From: a virus
Virus record (IMG/VR): IMGVR_UViG_3300006735_000027
Location: 1 to 64,000 of that record
DNA: 64,000 nucleotides
Reading direction: 5' to 3' (one strand)
A model generated the notes under the pieces. The model saw nothing but the letters and a program-made list of their open reading frames with translations, had not been told where the DNA came from and searched no databases. Of the stretch, positions 47,647 through 57,173 are shown piece by piece (position 1 is the stretch's first letter; every line of letters starts with the position of its first letter). The translations under genes were made by a program, and so were the position numbers.

Positions 47647-48774
47647 TCACTTGAGGTCGCGGATGCTCCCCTGTCCACCGAAGAAGGTGGTCCAGACTTC
47701 GCCCATGGTGCGGTACAGGCCTTCCTGACCGAGCCGGTTGATGGCGAAGGGGTCGCCCGTCTCAATGCCGGACTCGAAGTACTGAGTCGGCTTGGCGGTG
47801 CTGAAGTAGAGGTAGTCCGTGTCCATCATGTAGATGCGGCTGATGCCGTCACTGGCCATTTCCTTGGTGGGGATGATGGGGACACCGTTGTAGGTCGCCA
47901 CGATGAACCCGGCTTCGATACCGGGGACACCCTTGACGCCGTTGTAGGTGGGAACCACACGCTTCTCTTCCATGAAGCGCTGTTGCGCCTGCAGGAGTTG
48001 CTGGATGCGCATGAGGGTGTCGTACCCGGTCAGCATGACCTTGGGGTTGCCACCGCGCTCCCAAATGAGGCGGAAGAGTTCGTCAAGGTGGTCGAGGCTC
48101 AGAGTCCGGTTGGTGGAACTTGAGTCAGCGGAGTCCTCGGCGAAGGACCACGTGTTGGCGCTGCGGTCGATGGAGTAGAGGTCCTCGTCGTTGGTGTCGT
48201 AGTGCGTACCGGAGGTCATCGAGTTGTTGCCCGTGGTGATGCGGTCGAGCGACTCAATGTCGTTGCCCGCAACCGTGGTGACGTCCTCGGTGAGCATGTC
48301 GTTGATGTGCTCTGCGTGGTGCTTGCCCATTTCCTCCTTGAGGACTGAGCGGATGTCGCCCAGACCGTCGTCCTTGTCGTTGAGGAAGATGGCCGTCTCC
48401 GACATGTCGAAGGAGTGAGCCACAGTCTTGGGCTTTGCAGCCACGTTCTGGAACGTTGGCTTGGTGGTGTCCGGCAGAGTGCCGTTCTCAGCGATGCCGC
48501 CGCCAACAACCTTGGAAGGCTTAGCGGTGACGACGCGCCATCCACTGCGGTCCCAAGGCTTCTTGGGAAGGATGGAGAAGGCGTTGAACTCTTGGTTCAA
48601 CTGGCTCCAGACCTTGCGGCCGTAGATGGCTTGGTAGGTACCAGCCGTGGTGCTGAGGAGCGGAGCGTCCGCCTTCAGCAACTCACTGCCGGAGTAGGAG
48701 TAGCCCATCGAGGACCCTGCCCCGTAGTAGTACCGCTCCATGTCGTTGACTGTTCGCATGTAGTTTCGTGCCAT
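47647..48774 (-). CDS. Major capsid protein (HK97 fold)
   Basis: 375 aa after the protease/scaffold gene; IAENGTLP, GGNPKVML and YNGVPII...IYMMDTDYL; strongly biased codons. Confidence 0.85.
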   Translation of the reverse strand: MARNYMRTVNDMERYYYGAGSSMGYSYSGSELLKADAPLLSTTAGTYQAIYGRKVWSQLNQEFNAFSILPKKPWDRSGWRVVTAKPSKVVGGGIAENGTLPDTTKPTFQNVAAKPKTVAHSFDMSETAIFLNDKDDGLGDIRSVLKEEMGKHHAEHINDMLTEDVTTVAGNDIESLDRITTGNNSMTSGTHYDTNDEDLYSIDRSANTWSFAEDSADSSSTNRTLSLDHLDELFRLIWERGGNPKVMLTGYDTLMRIQQLLQAQQRFMEEKRVVPTYNGVKGVPGIEAGFIVATYNGVPIIPTKEMASDGISRIYMMDTDYLYFSTAKPTQYFESGIETGDPFAINRLGQEGLYRTMGEVWTTFFGGQGSIRDLK

Positions 48775-48809
48775 GATTCATTCCTCCATGATTTCTGTTT
48801 GTCCGAGGC

Positions 48810-50210
48810 TCAAGCCTCGAAGACGCTCCCGGCGAGGCGGTGAACCTCGTCCCAACCCATGTTGGCGAGGTCCTGAGTAGACGGGACCTCGACCGTGGTA
48901 ACCGACTTGCGGATGGCCGGAGCCTCAGCAGCGGTGGAGCCGATGTTGTCGATGCGGGTGCTGAGGTCGCTCAGCGCCTTTTCGATGTTTGCCAGTGGGG
49001 TGCGAGCGTCGAAGGAAGATGCGGCGCGCGCCTCAGCCTCAGCGTTCATTTCCTTGGCGAGGCGGTCAGCGAAGACCTGTCCGAGGTTGCCCTTGAACTG
49101 CTCTTCGATGGCCGCAGCCTTGTAGACTTCGTAAGCGGCTTCGAGGTCAGAAGCGCTGACGTCAGCCGGAGCGAGGTAGCCCTTGGAGACTTCGCCGCTA
49201 CCGCCGGAGTTCAACTTTCCAACGGCGTTGGTGGAAGGGGAGCCGCTTTCTTGGGCACGTCCCTTGACCTGACCAGCGAAGTATTCGGCACCGTCACCAA
49301 TGGCCTCGGGCGTGGAGCCGAGGTTGGCCTTGGAGATGTCGTCAAAGTGAGCGCGAGCCGCCATGGTGTCGACGCCCTGAGACTTCAGAGTGTCCTCCAT
49401 CCACGAGAGGTACTCGCTGGAGATGACGTCACTGTATTCGCCCTTGGCCATATCGCCGTGAGCCATCTTGTGAGCGCCGCCGTACATGCCTTCCTTCTTG
49501 TCCTCGCTCGCCATTTCCTTGCCTTCGTCTTCTTCGGACTCAGGCTTGTCCTTTTTCTTGCCTTCCATGTGCTCTTTCAAGCCTTCAGGCATTCCCTTTT
49601 CCATGGCATCAAGTCGCCCGTTCAGCCGGTCAAGCACGCCGGAAAGGTCGTTCAGTACGTTGTCTTCGTTCGTCATTGTGGTGTCCTCCTTCAAAATTCG
49701 GAATGTGGCCTCAGGATTGATGCCTTTCTCGCAAATGGTCACTTCGTGTAGTTCCAACTTCGAGATTTCGGTGTAATCACCGTGACTGGCGTCGCTCTTG
49801 CGCATGCGCTTGAACGCCTGTCCCCCGATGCTGAAGCCACGAAGAGCCCCCTTGCGAATTTCAGACGCGACTTCGCGCGCCTTCTCAATGTCGTCGCGCA
49901 ACTGAATGACGACAAACATGCCGGCGTCGTCGACACCGGACTTCCAAACACGGCCATCTGAGTCCACGTAGGAGGGGATGACCTTTCCAACTTGAATGTT
50001 GGAGTGAGCGAGTTGCACGTTGCGGAAACCATCCGCCTTCATGAAGCCGTCAAAGGCGTCACGGAGAGCGCCGCGGGTGATGAGGTCACCCTGCTTGTCC
50101 ACCATTTCGACAGACGCGTAGCCAGCGATGACGAGGTCATCGGCCGCCTTGAGGATGCTGATGCTCCCGCCGTGGTTGACGGCGGAGGTCCTCAGCGCGG
50201 CGGTGGCCAT
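48810..50210 (-). CDS. Prohead protease fused to a scaffold domain
   Basis: IAGYASVEMVDKQGD, LAH, GFSIGG and LHEVTIC..GINPEA, followed by a charged helical region. Confidence 0.88.
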   Translation of the reverse strand: MATAALRTSAVNHGGSISILKAADDLVIAGYASVEMVDKQGDLITRGALRDAFDGFMKADGFRNVQLAHSNIQVGKVIPSYVDSDGRVWKSGVDDAGMFVVIQLRDDIEKAREVASEIRKGALRGFSIGGQAFKRMRKSDASHGDYTEISKLELHEVTICEKGINPEATFRILKEDTTMTNEDNVLNDLSGVLDRLNGRLDAMEKGMPEGLKEHMEGKKKDKPESEEDEGKEMASEDKKEGMYGGAHKMAHGDMAKGEYSDVISSEYLSWMEDTLKSQGVDTMAARAHFDDISKANLGSTPEAIGDGAEYFAGQVKGRAQESGSPSTNAVGKLNSGGSGEVSKGYLAPADVSASDLEAAYEVYKAAAIEEQFKGNLGQVFADRLAKEMNAEAEARAASSFDARTPLANIEKALSDLSTRIDNIGSTAAEAPAIRKSVTTVEVPSTQDLANMGWDEVHRLAGSVFEA

Positions 50211-50234
50211 TGTCTTCAGAACCTGTCGTCATTC

Positions 50235-50241
50235 TACTTAA
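50235..50241 (-). promoter_or_regulatory. Putative TATA box (TTAAGTA) for the protease/capsid operon
   Basis: 25-31 nt upstream of ATG 50210, which lacks an SD site; this is the spacing of a leaderless archaeal transcript. Confidence 0.45.
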
Positions 50242-53200
50242 CTACCTACGAAGGACGGCCTTGTCTTCTGTGATGTCCAAAACACCTGCTTCTGTAGGCA
50301 CGCTCATGCGCTTGGGAGGCTCGGAGTCTTCCGATTCTTCTTCAATGTCTTCGTCTTCTCCGGGGCGCTTTCGGTTGTCGTAGTCGGGCATGGTCTTCTC
50401 ATCGTGGAGATTGGTCGGACCCATGGGTGATTCGATGGGTGTTGCGTAGTCAAAGCCCAGACCCTTCGCACCTGCGTTGGCTGCGCCTACAGCACCAATG
50501 CTACTCTTGAGAAAGCGGTCGACAAGTTCCAGACCTTTGACGAGCACCTTGGCCTTCTGACGATTGTCCCACCAAGAAGTGTCCTTGACCTTCTTGGGTT
50601 CAATGAGAGGTTCAGCCTCCTCTTCGGATTCATGCACCTCCTCTTTGATTTCAAGGTTAGCCTTGAGCAAAGCGCCTGCTACCGGTCCCCAGTAAGGTCG
50701 CTGACTTTCAGACAGGCGAATGATGTAGCGGTTGTCGGCCAAGGGACTATGCAGCGTCCACATGCCACCAGATTCTGTCGCCTTATAGAGCACGTCGCCT
50801 TGCGGCATGACGACACGAACGCCTGTGCTGGCTCGCTCGACTTCGCAAAGCCACTGCGGTCCGACTGACTTCGCCAGAAGACCCAGCGTTTCGCGGCTGA
50901 CCAGAGGCTCGCCCTCGGCCTCACCTTCAATCTCAGAGCCCATGATGGTGAACACTGGGTCTTCGACTGAGTTCTCAACACGACTGACGTTGGCGACGTT
51001 GACGCGAACGTGGTCACCTTCGTTGAACTTCTCAGGACTGTTGAACGCTGCGCCCACATCCATGTAGGTGTCGCCGTCGGCCTCGACCGCGCGGCTGCCA
51101 ATGGCCTCTTCACGTGTAATAGGGCCAGTGCCGAGACGGTACGTGTAGGGACCTACACCCCGTCGCTCAAGCACACGGAGCACCACGTCTTGGCCGGGAC
51201 GTAGCATGACCCACTTGGGATGACGCATCTCACCAGCCATGTAGACCGACTTCGCGTCTCGGAGCAGAATGTTCTCATGGTCTTTCTGCAACGACTCAAC
51301 GGCCAACTTCAGACCCTCGTCGTCGGTTAGGCGTGTGTCGCTGGCGCTCGGCGTGTGAATGTTGTCGATACCTTCCATGCCGCCACGTAGAATTTTGATG
51401 CGGTCGTTGAGGGGTACGTCGTGAACTTCCTTGCCGGCAAACTCAAGCACGTCGAAGATGTAGTAGCCGTCTTCCAACTTGACGACGTCCGCTTTGTACT
51501 CGTGGTCGGTGACCTTCTGAAAGTTCTCTTTGTCCTCGTCGGACAGCGAGAACGTCGACGTGATGTCGTCGTCATCGTCCTTCTCAACAAAGCCTCGCTC
51601 GCCTTCCGGCATGTGCGAAACAATCCAGTCACCTGTGAAACCGCGCAGATGCTCCAAGTCTTCCAACTTGAAAATGCGGTGCATCGGCTGGAGCAAGGGG
51701 ACTTTCGGACCCAACTCTTTGCGGATGATGTCTGGGTTGGTCAGGTCGGCCAGCCCCAACTCAGACTTCACCGAGTTCGTGCTCCCCTGATTGCGTGCAA
51801 GCCCTGTCGACGTCGGCTTCGTGTGAGCAGCCTGTCGCTCAAGCGTGTTGAGTGCTGTACGAGCACCGGCGTGGTCAGGATGCTTCAGCATGTGCATCCA
51901 TGCGGCAGGGGCGACGGCATTCCAAATGGTTTCCGTGGGTTGGACAAGACGCATGGGGATGCCCTGCGCACTCGGCATAATGCTGACCTCGCCGTCGAAT
52001 CCGATGCGGAAATTGAAGTTCGGATGGAACAGGTCGCCGTATTCGTGCGCCAAGCCCGAGGAGTTGTACAGACTGTGGACTGAGTGCCCATGCGGACCCG
52101 CTGCATCGACCGGCACGGGTGCTCTACCGCGCTTCGTTTCCGTGACCGACGAAGCCGCCTCGACTTCGGGCAGGAAGGTGACGAGGCTGTCGAGATGCTG
52201 CTTGGTGTTCCAATACTTGCGCTCGCGCTGGTTGCCGCCGCCAGCAGGCTTCTTGGTCAGAGGTTCGTATTCACTGCGCCGTGAGTCCGCGTTATACGCT
52301 TGCGTGAACTGCATACCCAATTGCTGGTTGCGCTCATCTGCCTGATAGCCGATGGTGCGGTGAACGCGACCGACATCCAGTTGCACGTCCATAGCAGCGC
52401 GCTGCTTCTTCATCTTCTCAGCCTCGGCAGCGATGTCGCGGTCAGGGTGCAGTTTCTCCATCAACTGGCGCACGGACATCACAGGCGCAGGCGGCAGACC
52501 CGCACTCATTCGTGGAATGATGACCTCTTGCAGGTAGTCGCTTGCCAACTTCGTATCGTGAGGAGAGTTGGCGTCGAGACCAAGATGCTGGAGCATATTG
52601 TTGAACGTCTCTCCTACGTCTGCCATGGGGTCAAACTCGAACGGCTCTCCGTGCTCATGCCCAAGGCTCTTGATTTCATGACCAAGGCCAGCGTGACGCT
52701 TCTGTCCCACCTCATGCTCGGTCGTACCCATGGTGTGGATGCCGTGCGTTCCGTGAGGAGCGGCGTGAAGGAACTCGTTGCCCATGCGAGCCAGCATGCG
52801 CATGTTGGCCTCGACCGTTTCGTGAGGCAAGTTGGGGTTGAGGATGTGGTCCCGCGTTTCGGGGTCCATGCGGTCAACAATGTGCCGCACGGCTTGACCG
52901 ATGGCGTGGTCGTCAGCACGGAGCCGGTCGGCGAGGACGTTGCGTTTTCGATGAGCCTGACCTGCTTTGGGACTGAGTGTAGCAGTCACCTGAGAACCAG
53001 TCTCAGACAGCCCTGTTTCGAGGCGAGCCAACTCCTCGTTGAGTTCGGACATCTGGTCGCGGTAAGCCTGAAGTTGACTTCGCGTCGCACCTTCGCTCTG
53101 AGCCTGAGCCATCTCATTCTGCAGCGCTCCGACACGCTCAGCGAGCATGAAGTAACGCTCTTGGTCTTCGGTCGCAGGCTGAGCCTCGCTGATGCGTGGC

Positions 53201-55989
53201 TCCAACTCACCGGAAGGAGCGGTGCCTGCAGGGAAATTGACGCCGTAGTTGACCATCACGTTAGTATCGGGGTCGTCGTCCAGAGGCGCCTCGCCAAAGC
53301 GGTACATGCGGCGCTCGTGAGTCGAGTGCAATCGCTCTTTGCGACGAGCGTATTCTTCTTCCAACTCTTGCTGGCGACCTTCAGGAGCGACGCGCATGCG
53401 CTGCTCAAACTCAGCGTCCAGTGCCGCCAATTCGCGTGCAAGGTCTGCGGAGGCAGGTGGCTCATCCCGATGCTGCAACTCCTCCATCTGCGCGTCGTGG
53501 TCCGCCAGACTGGACGTAAGGCGACCGCGGTCATCGGTCAAATGAAAGACGTGCTGCTGCGGGTCCATGGGGGCACGAGCAAAGCCCATCATGGTCGCAA
53601 TGGCATGATGATGCTGACTGTGATGCTTGTCGAACGTCTCCTCGTTGTAGGCACCACCTGCAACACCGAAGGGGTTCTGCCCAGTCAAGTGCTCTGATTC
53701 TTTCCCAGTTCTGCGTTGATGAGCCAATTCCGCAGCCTCCCTGTCGCCAGATTCACGGGCATCATGGTATTCACGCGCCAACGTGTTGTGGTATGCACCG
53801 TCAACCGTGGTCGCGTGGCGGTTATAGTGTGCGTTTTGGCCACCTGAGCCCTTGATGCGCGACGACACGGACACGTTGTGCGGGTTCATGGTCGAGCCCG
53901 CGTCAGCATAAGTCGGCTCCCCTCTTGGGTCTGAATCTGCGGTACCTTGCCCTACATTTTGAACAGTGACCAACTTTTTACCCTGCATCATGCGGAACAG
54001 TTGCGCTTCGCGCTGACCAAACGGCCCGATGAAGGGGACCATCGAGGCCCCGTCATCTTCGTGACGTGTCCTAATACCAGTGCGTGTGCGTGAAAACATC
54101 AGGCTGTCTTCTTGCTTTCCGCGAAGCCCAGCAACGCCAGTTCGCGCTTCGACAGGGTTGAACTGTGTCGTGGTCTGAGGCACCAACTCTTCACCATAGA
54201 ACTCGGCCAGCGCCTTCGCCTCTTCGTCGGGAGGGAGTTCAACTTCTTCTGAATCGAACAACTTCGTGTGATGGTGAAGCAGGTTGAACAGTTCGTTGGG
54301 GCGCTTACCCATACCGCCACGCATCCATGGCTTTTTCCAGAACGTGGCCAACGTCGTGTGGTCGCCGTTCGCATAGCCGTAGTGTTCCGGGTCAACATGC
54401 GTGCCGAAATGGAAGATACCGTGGTTAGTCGCCATGCGAGAGGCAGCCGCGACCTCCTTGGCTGATTCTTCACGAGTGCGGAAGATTTCGTCAATCTCGT
54501 CTTGCGTGAACACCTTGTCGGGTCGACTGTGAAACATACCGCCGCCCAGTCCCAAGTAATGTGGTGCGCCGGCCGGCAAAAGTTTCCGAGTTTCTGGGTC
54601 CACACCCAACATCGCAGCCATCACCAAGTAGGAAGGTGCAACGCCCGGCTCCATGCTTCCATCGGCTCTTTTTCGAGGTTCCGTCGAGCGGTGAGTGACG
54701 CTGACGGTGCCATCAGTATGCTGTGTGATGTGAGGTGTTTGACTGGTAAGAAGCAGGTCCTTAGGTTGCAGTTGATAGCCGTTCAATCGAGCATCCTCCT
54801 GCAAACGCAAGTTGTACTCCTTGACGGCACGCTCCCAAGCATTACCTTCCTTACCTGCTGTGCTATGGTTCCTCATGGCGCTGAGCCCGTGCACCTTCTC
54901 GACGTACTCAGCCTTCTCAGGTAGGCGGATGGGTCGATTCATCACAGGCTCAGTTGGCATGCCGACCGGACGCACCCAGTGGTCGTAAAGTCCAGAAAAG
55001 CGTTGGTGAAAGTTGCGAACAAAGCGAGGTATCAGATTGGCCCCGTTGGCTATACCGGGGACACTGAACGGCTTCTGTGATTTGGAAGCACCGTGTTCGC
55101 GCAAGTGCTCGTAGAAATCGTGCCGCTGCTCAGGCGTCAGCCACTCAAGCCCCATGAGGTAGTCCATCAGACCAAAATCCTGTGACCACTCAGCCTTGCG
55201 CTGATTCATGTGAGCATCACGCTTCGCTTGCTCGCCCTGCTGCACCGTGAGTTCGCCACGACCGACAGCGTCGTCAATTTGACTGGACGCTTCTTGCCCT
55301 TGACCTCTCGACCATTTCAGGTAGTTCTCGTCGTAGAGACCATGGTTGGTTGCGTATTCAGTGTCCAGTTCACCGTAGTGGTGAGGCTTGAGCATGAAGC
55401 GGTGGTCACCTTCACGGGCATGCGTTTCCCAATCGGCCTCACGCGCACTGTCGTGTTCGCTTTGACCGCTGCTGTAAAAGTCCGCGACATGCTCGTGGTA
55501 GCGGTCGTGCAGTGGGTTGAACTGTGCGGAGCCCAACGGGTCGTGCGTTCGGTAGGGGTCCTCGGCGTTGCCGTCGACCATCTCAAACCCACGACCAGTA
55601 AGCGATTGACCGGGCTCAGGAGGGACGACGCGCATTTCGTCATAGGACGGGTTGTCGGCCAAGCCCATGCCGGCACCGTGACTCAGCGCATAACCGACTT
55701 GCGACTGCGCAAGGCCAGAGCCCACCATGGGACCTGCTTCAGCCTCAGCCTCCAGACTCACCGCGCCCTGTGTGCCAGTGGTCTGGGATTCGTCTTCCTT
55801 GCGGATGACGGCGTGGAACATCTTGACGAGTGCATCATCGCCAGCGTCGAGGAGGTAGCCGTGGCGCTCTGCGTTCACGACTGCGAGGAAGAAGTCTGCG
55901 CCGGCATCGGCCTTCCCAATGCCGTCGAGCAGTGAGGCGGTGAAGGTCTGCCTTGCCCTGTCGAGGGAATCGAGGGGACCGTCTCGCAT
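50242..55989 (-). CDS. 1915-aa head-module protein with a C-terminal degenerate ATP-dependent ligase domain
   Basis: LQPM...WIVSHMPEGER...YIFDVLEFAGKEVHDVPLNDRIKIL...ENILLRDAKSVY...KWVMLR plus an OB-like region. The N-terminal roughly 1400 aa are His-rich and not recognised. Confidence 0.75.
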   Translation of the reverse strand: MRDGPLDSLDRARQTFTASLLDGIGKADAGADFFLAVVNAERHGYLLDAGDDALVKMFHAVIRKEDESQTTGTQGAVSLEAEAEAGPMVGSGLAQSQVGYALSHGAGMGLADNPSYDEMRVVPPEPGQSLTGRGFEMVDGNAEDPYRTHDPLGSAQFNPLHDRYHEHVADFYSSGQSEHDSAREADWETHAREGDHRFMLKPHHYGELDTEYATNHGLYDENYLKWSRGQGQEASSQIDDAVGRGELTVQQGEQAKRDAHMNQRKAEWSQDFGLMDYLMGLEWLTPEQRHDFYEHLREHGASKSQKPFSVPGIANGANLIPRFVRNFHQRFSGLYDHWVRPVGMPTEPVMNRPIRLPEKAEYVEKVHGLSAMRNHSTAGKEGNAWERAVKEYNLRLQEDARLNGYQLQPKDLLLTSQTPHITQHTDGTVSVTHRSTEPRKRADGSMEPGVAPSYLVMAAMLGVDPETRKLLPAGAPHYLGLGGGMFHSRPDKVFTQDEIDEIFRTREESAKEVAAASRMATNHGIFHFGTHVDPEHYGYANGDHTTLATFWKKPWMRGGMGKRPNELFNLLHHHTKLFDSEEVELPPDEEAKALAEFYGEELVPQTTTQFNPVEARTGVAGLRGKQEDSLMFSRTRTGIRTRHEDDGASMVPFIGPFGQREAQLFRMMQGKKLVTVQNVGQGTADSDPRGEPTYADAGSTMNPHNVSVSSRIKGSGGQNAHYNRHATTVDGAYHNTLAREYHDARESGDREAAELAHQRRTGKESEHLTGQNPFGVAGGAYNEETFDKHHSQHHHAIATMMGFARAPMDPQQHVFHLTDDRGRLTSSLADHDAQMEELQHRDEPPASADLARELAALDAEFEQRMRVAPEGRQQELEEEYARRKERLHSTHERRMYRFGEAPLDDDPDTNVMVNYGVNFPAGTAPSGELEPRISEAQPATEDQERYFMLAERVGALQNEMAQAQSEGATRSQLQAYRDQMSELNEELARLETGLSETGSQVTATLSPKAGQAHRKRNVLADRLRADDHAIGQAVRHIVDRMDPETRDHILNPNLPHETVEANMRMLARMGNEFLHAAPHGTHGIHTMGTTEHEVGQKRHAGLGHEIKSLGHEHGEPFEFDPMADVGETFNNMLQHLGLDANSPHDTKLASDYLQEVIIPRMSAGLPPAPVMSVRQLMEKLHPDRDIAAEAEKMKKQRAAMDVQLDVGRVHRTIGYQADERNQQLGMQFTQAYNADSRRSEYEPLTKKPAGGGNQRERKYWNTKQHLDSLVTFLPEVEAASSVTETKRGRAPVPVDAAGPHGHSVHSLYNSSGLAHEYGDLFHPNFNFRIGFDGEVSIMPSAQGIPMRLVQPTETIWNAVAPAAWMHMLKHPDHAGARTALNTLERQAAHTKPTSTGLARNQGSTNSVKSELGLADLTNPDIIRKELGPKVPLLQPMHRIFKLEDLEHLRGFTGDWIVSHMPEGERGFVEKDDDDDITSTFSLSDEDKENFQKVTDHEYKADVVKLEDGYYIFDVLEFAGKEVHDVPLNDRIKILRGGMEGIDNIHTPSASDTRLTDDEGLKLAVESLQKDHENILLRDAKSVYMAGEMRHPKWVMLRPGQDVVLRVLERRGVGPYTYRLGTGPITREEAIGSRAVEADGDTYMDVGAAFNSPEKFNEGDHVRVNVANVSRVENSVEDPVFTIMGSEIEGEAEGEPLVSRETLGLLAKSVGPQWLCEVERASTGVRVVMPQGDVLYKATESGGMWTLHSPLADNRYIIRLSESQRPYWGPVAGALLKANLEIKEEVHESEEEAEPLIEPKKVKDTSWWDNRQKAKVLVKGLELVDRFLKSSIGAVGAANAGAKGLGFDYATPIESPMGPTNLHDEKTMPDYDNRKRPGEDEDIEEESEDSEPPKRMSVPTEAGVLDITEDKAVLRR

Positions 55990-56006
55990 CCGTCATCACC
56001 AGCCGC

Positions 56007-56414
56007 TCAGTTCAGACGGCTGGACAAACGGTCCACGGACTTCTTCACGTCGGTCATGGTTGGACCGTCACCGCCTTTGAAGTTCTCAAGAGCACCTGTC
56101 GTGCTGAATGCAGTTGGGTAGTAAGGCGACTCTCTGGTCAAGACGTCGCTGTTCTCGGAGATGGCGCCCTTGTTGGCCACGTCTTCAACCTCAGGGACTG
56201 AGTTGTTGGTGTAGTAATGTGCAGATTGCACGTTGTCTTTCCCACCGCTCTGCGTCATGAATTGAGTCTGGCCAATCGTAGAGCCCTCTTTCTGTTCGTA
56301 GGCGGGCATGCTTCCTTCCTTCTTGGCGATACGGTCTTCAAGGGCCTTGGCTGCCTTGAGTAGTTCGGTGGCTTTGTCGCTTCCGGCTTCGTATCGTGGA
56401 CGCATTTTTCTCAC
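56007..56414 (-). CDS. Hypothetical head-module protein
   Basis: 135 aa, translationally coupled. Confidence 0.65.
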   Translation of the reverse strand: MRKMRPRYEAGSDKATELLKAAKALEDRIAKKEGSMPAYEQKEGSTIGQTQFMTQSGGKDNVQSAHYYTNNSVPEVEDVANKGAISENSDVLTRESPYYPTAFSTTGALENFKGGDGPTMTDVKKSVDRLSSRLN

Positions 56415-56782
56415 TCCATTCCCATTGGTTGGCCGATGGCCCCAGACTCCTTGGCTTGGTCAGCAAGAGCGTGAATGTCGGACCAGTCCATCTTGTGGAA
56501 ATCTGCGTTGGTAGTTGGCACATCAATGTCTGAGCCGTCCTGACCCTTGAGGATGAAGTCATCAACTTCTCCTCGGAACCCATCTTGAAGCACGTCTTCA
56601 GGGCGCTGCGTTGCTGCCGACACGAAGCCAGCCTTGCGAAGCATTGCAGACGGATTGCGCATCATACGCTTGAGTTCTTCATTCTCAGCCTTGAGGACCT
56701 GCATGTTGTTGTCCATGCTTTCCATCTTGCTGATGAGGGCGCCCATGAGGCGCTCAGCGGTGTTTCCCTCTCCCTCAGTCAC
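56411..56782 (-). CDS. Small coiled-coil protein with a scaffold-like C-terminal motif
   Basis: DVPTTNADFHKMDWSDIHALA resembles the scaffold C-terminus. Confidence 0.65.
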   Translation of the reverse strand: MTEGEGNTAERLMGALISKMESMDNNMQVLKAENEELKRMMRNPSAMLRKAGFVSAATQRPEDVLQDGFRGEVDDFILKGQDGSDIDVPTTNADFHKMDWSDIHALADQAKESGAIGQPMGME

Positions 56783-56791
56783 GCGCTCACC

Positions 56792-57133
56792 TCAGATGGT
56801 GCGGTTGGACAAACGTCGGTTGACCATGCCCACGCGGTTGGTACGAACCATGCCGGGGAGAATGTTCTCGGTGGGCGCGTGTACGTTGTGCACCTCACTG
56901 GTCATCTTGCGGACGGGGACGCCGCCAGCGTAAATGTCGTTGATGCCGATGCGGCGGTCATTGGCTTTGACGATGGAACTGTCGATGTCCCTTCCAAGGT
57001 AGTCCGCGAACTTCAGCACCTCGTTGATGTGGTCGCGTGCCGAAACGGTGTCTTGCTCTTCAAGCGCCTTATAGAAACCATCAACGTGAGTGCGCATCTT
57101 GCGCGCCATTGGGTCCAACTTCTTCAGGTCCAT
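56792..57133 (-). CDS. Hypothetical head-module protein (113 aa)
   Basis: Likely start MDLKKLDP at 57133; the longer ORF-track start overlaps the portal gene. Confidence 0.65.
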   Translation of the reverse strand: MDLKKLDPMARKMRTHVDGFYKALEEQDTVSARDHINEVLKFADYLGRDIDSSIVKANDRRIGINDIYAGGVPVRKMTSEVHNVHAPTENILPGMVRTNRVGMVNRRLSNRTI

Positions 57134-57157
57134 GCGAATCCCCACCACCGCTGTCGG

Positions 57158-57163
57158 CTTAAA
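57158..57163 (-). promoter_or_regulatory. Putative TATA box (TTTAAG)
   Basis: Intergenic, 25-30 nt upstream of ATG 57133. Confidence 0.4.
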
Positions 57164-57173
57164 TGCTCCTGCG

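Noticed and set aside
52300-53697. 465-aa + strand ORF inside the 1915-aa gene
   Set aside because: Antisense shadow ORF.
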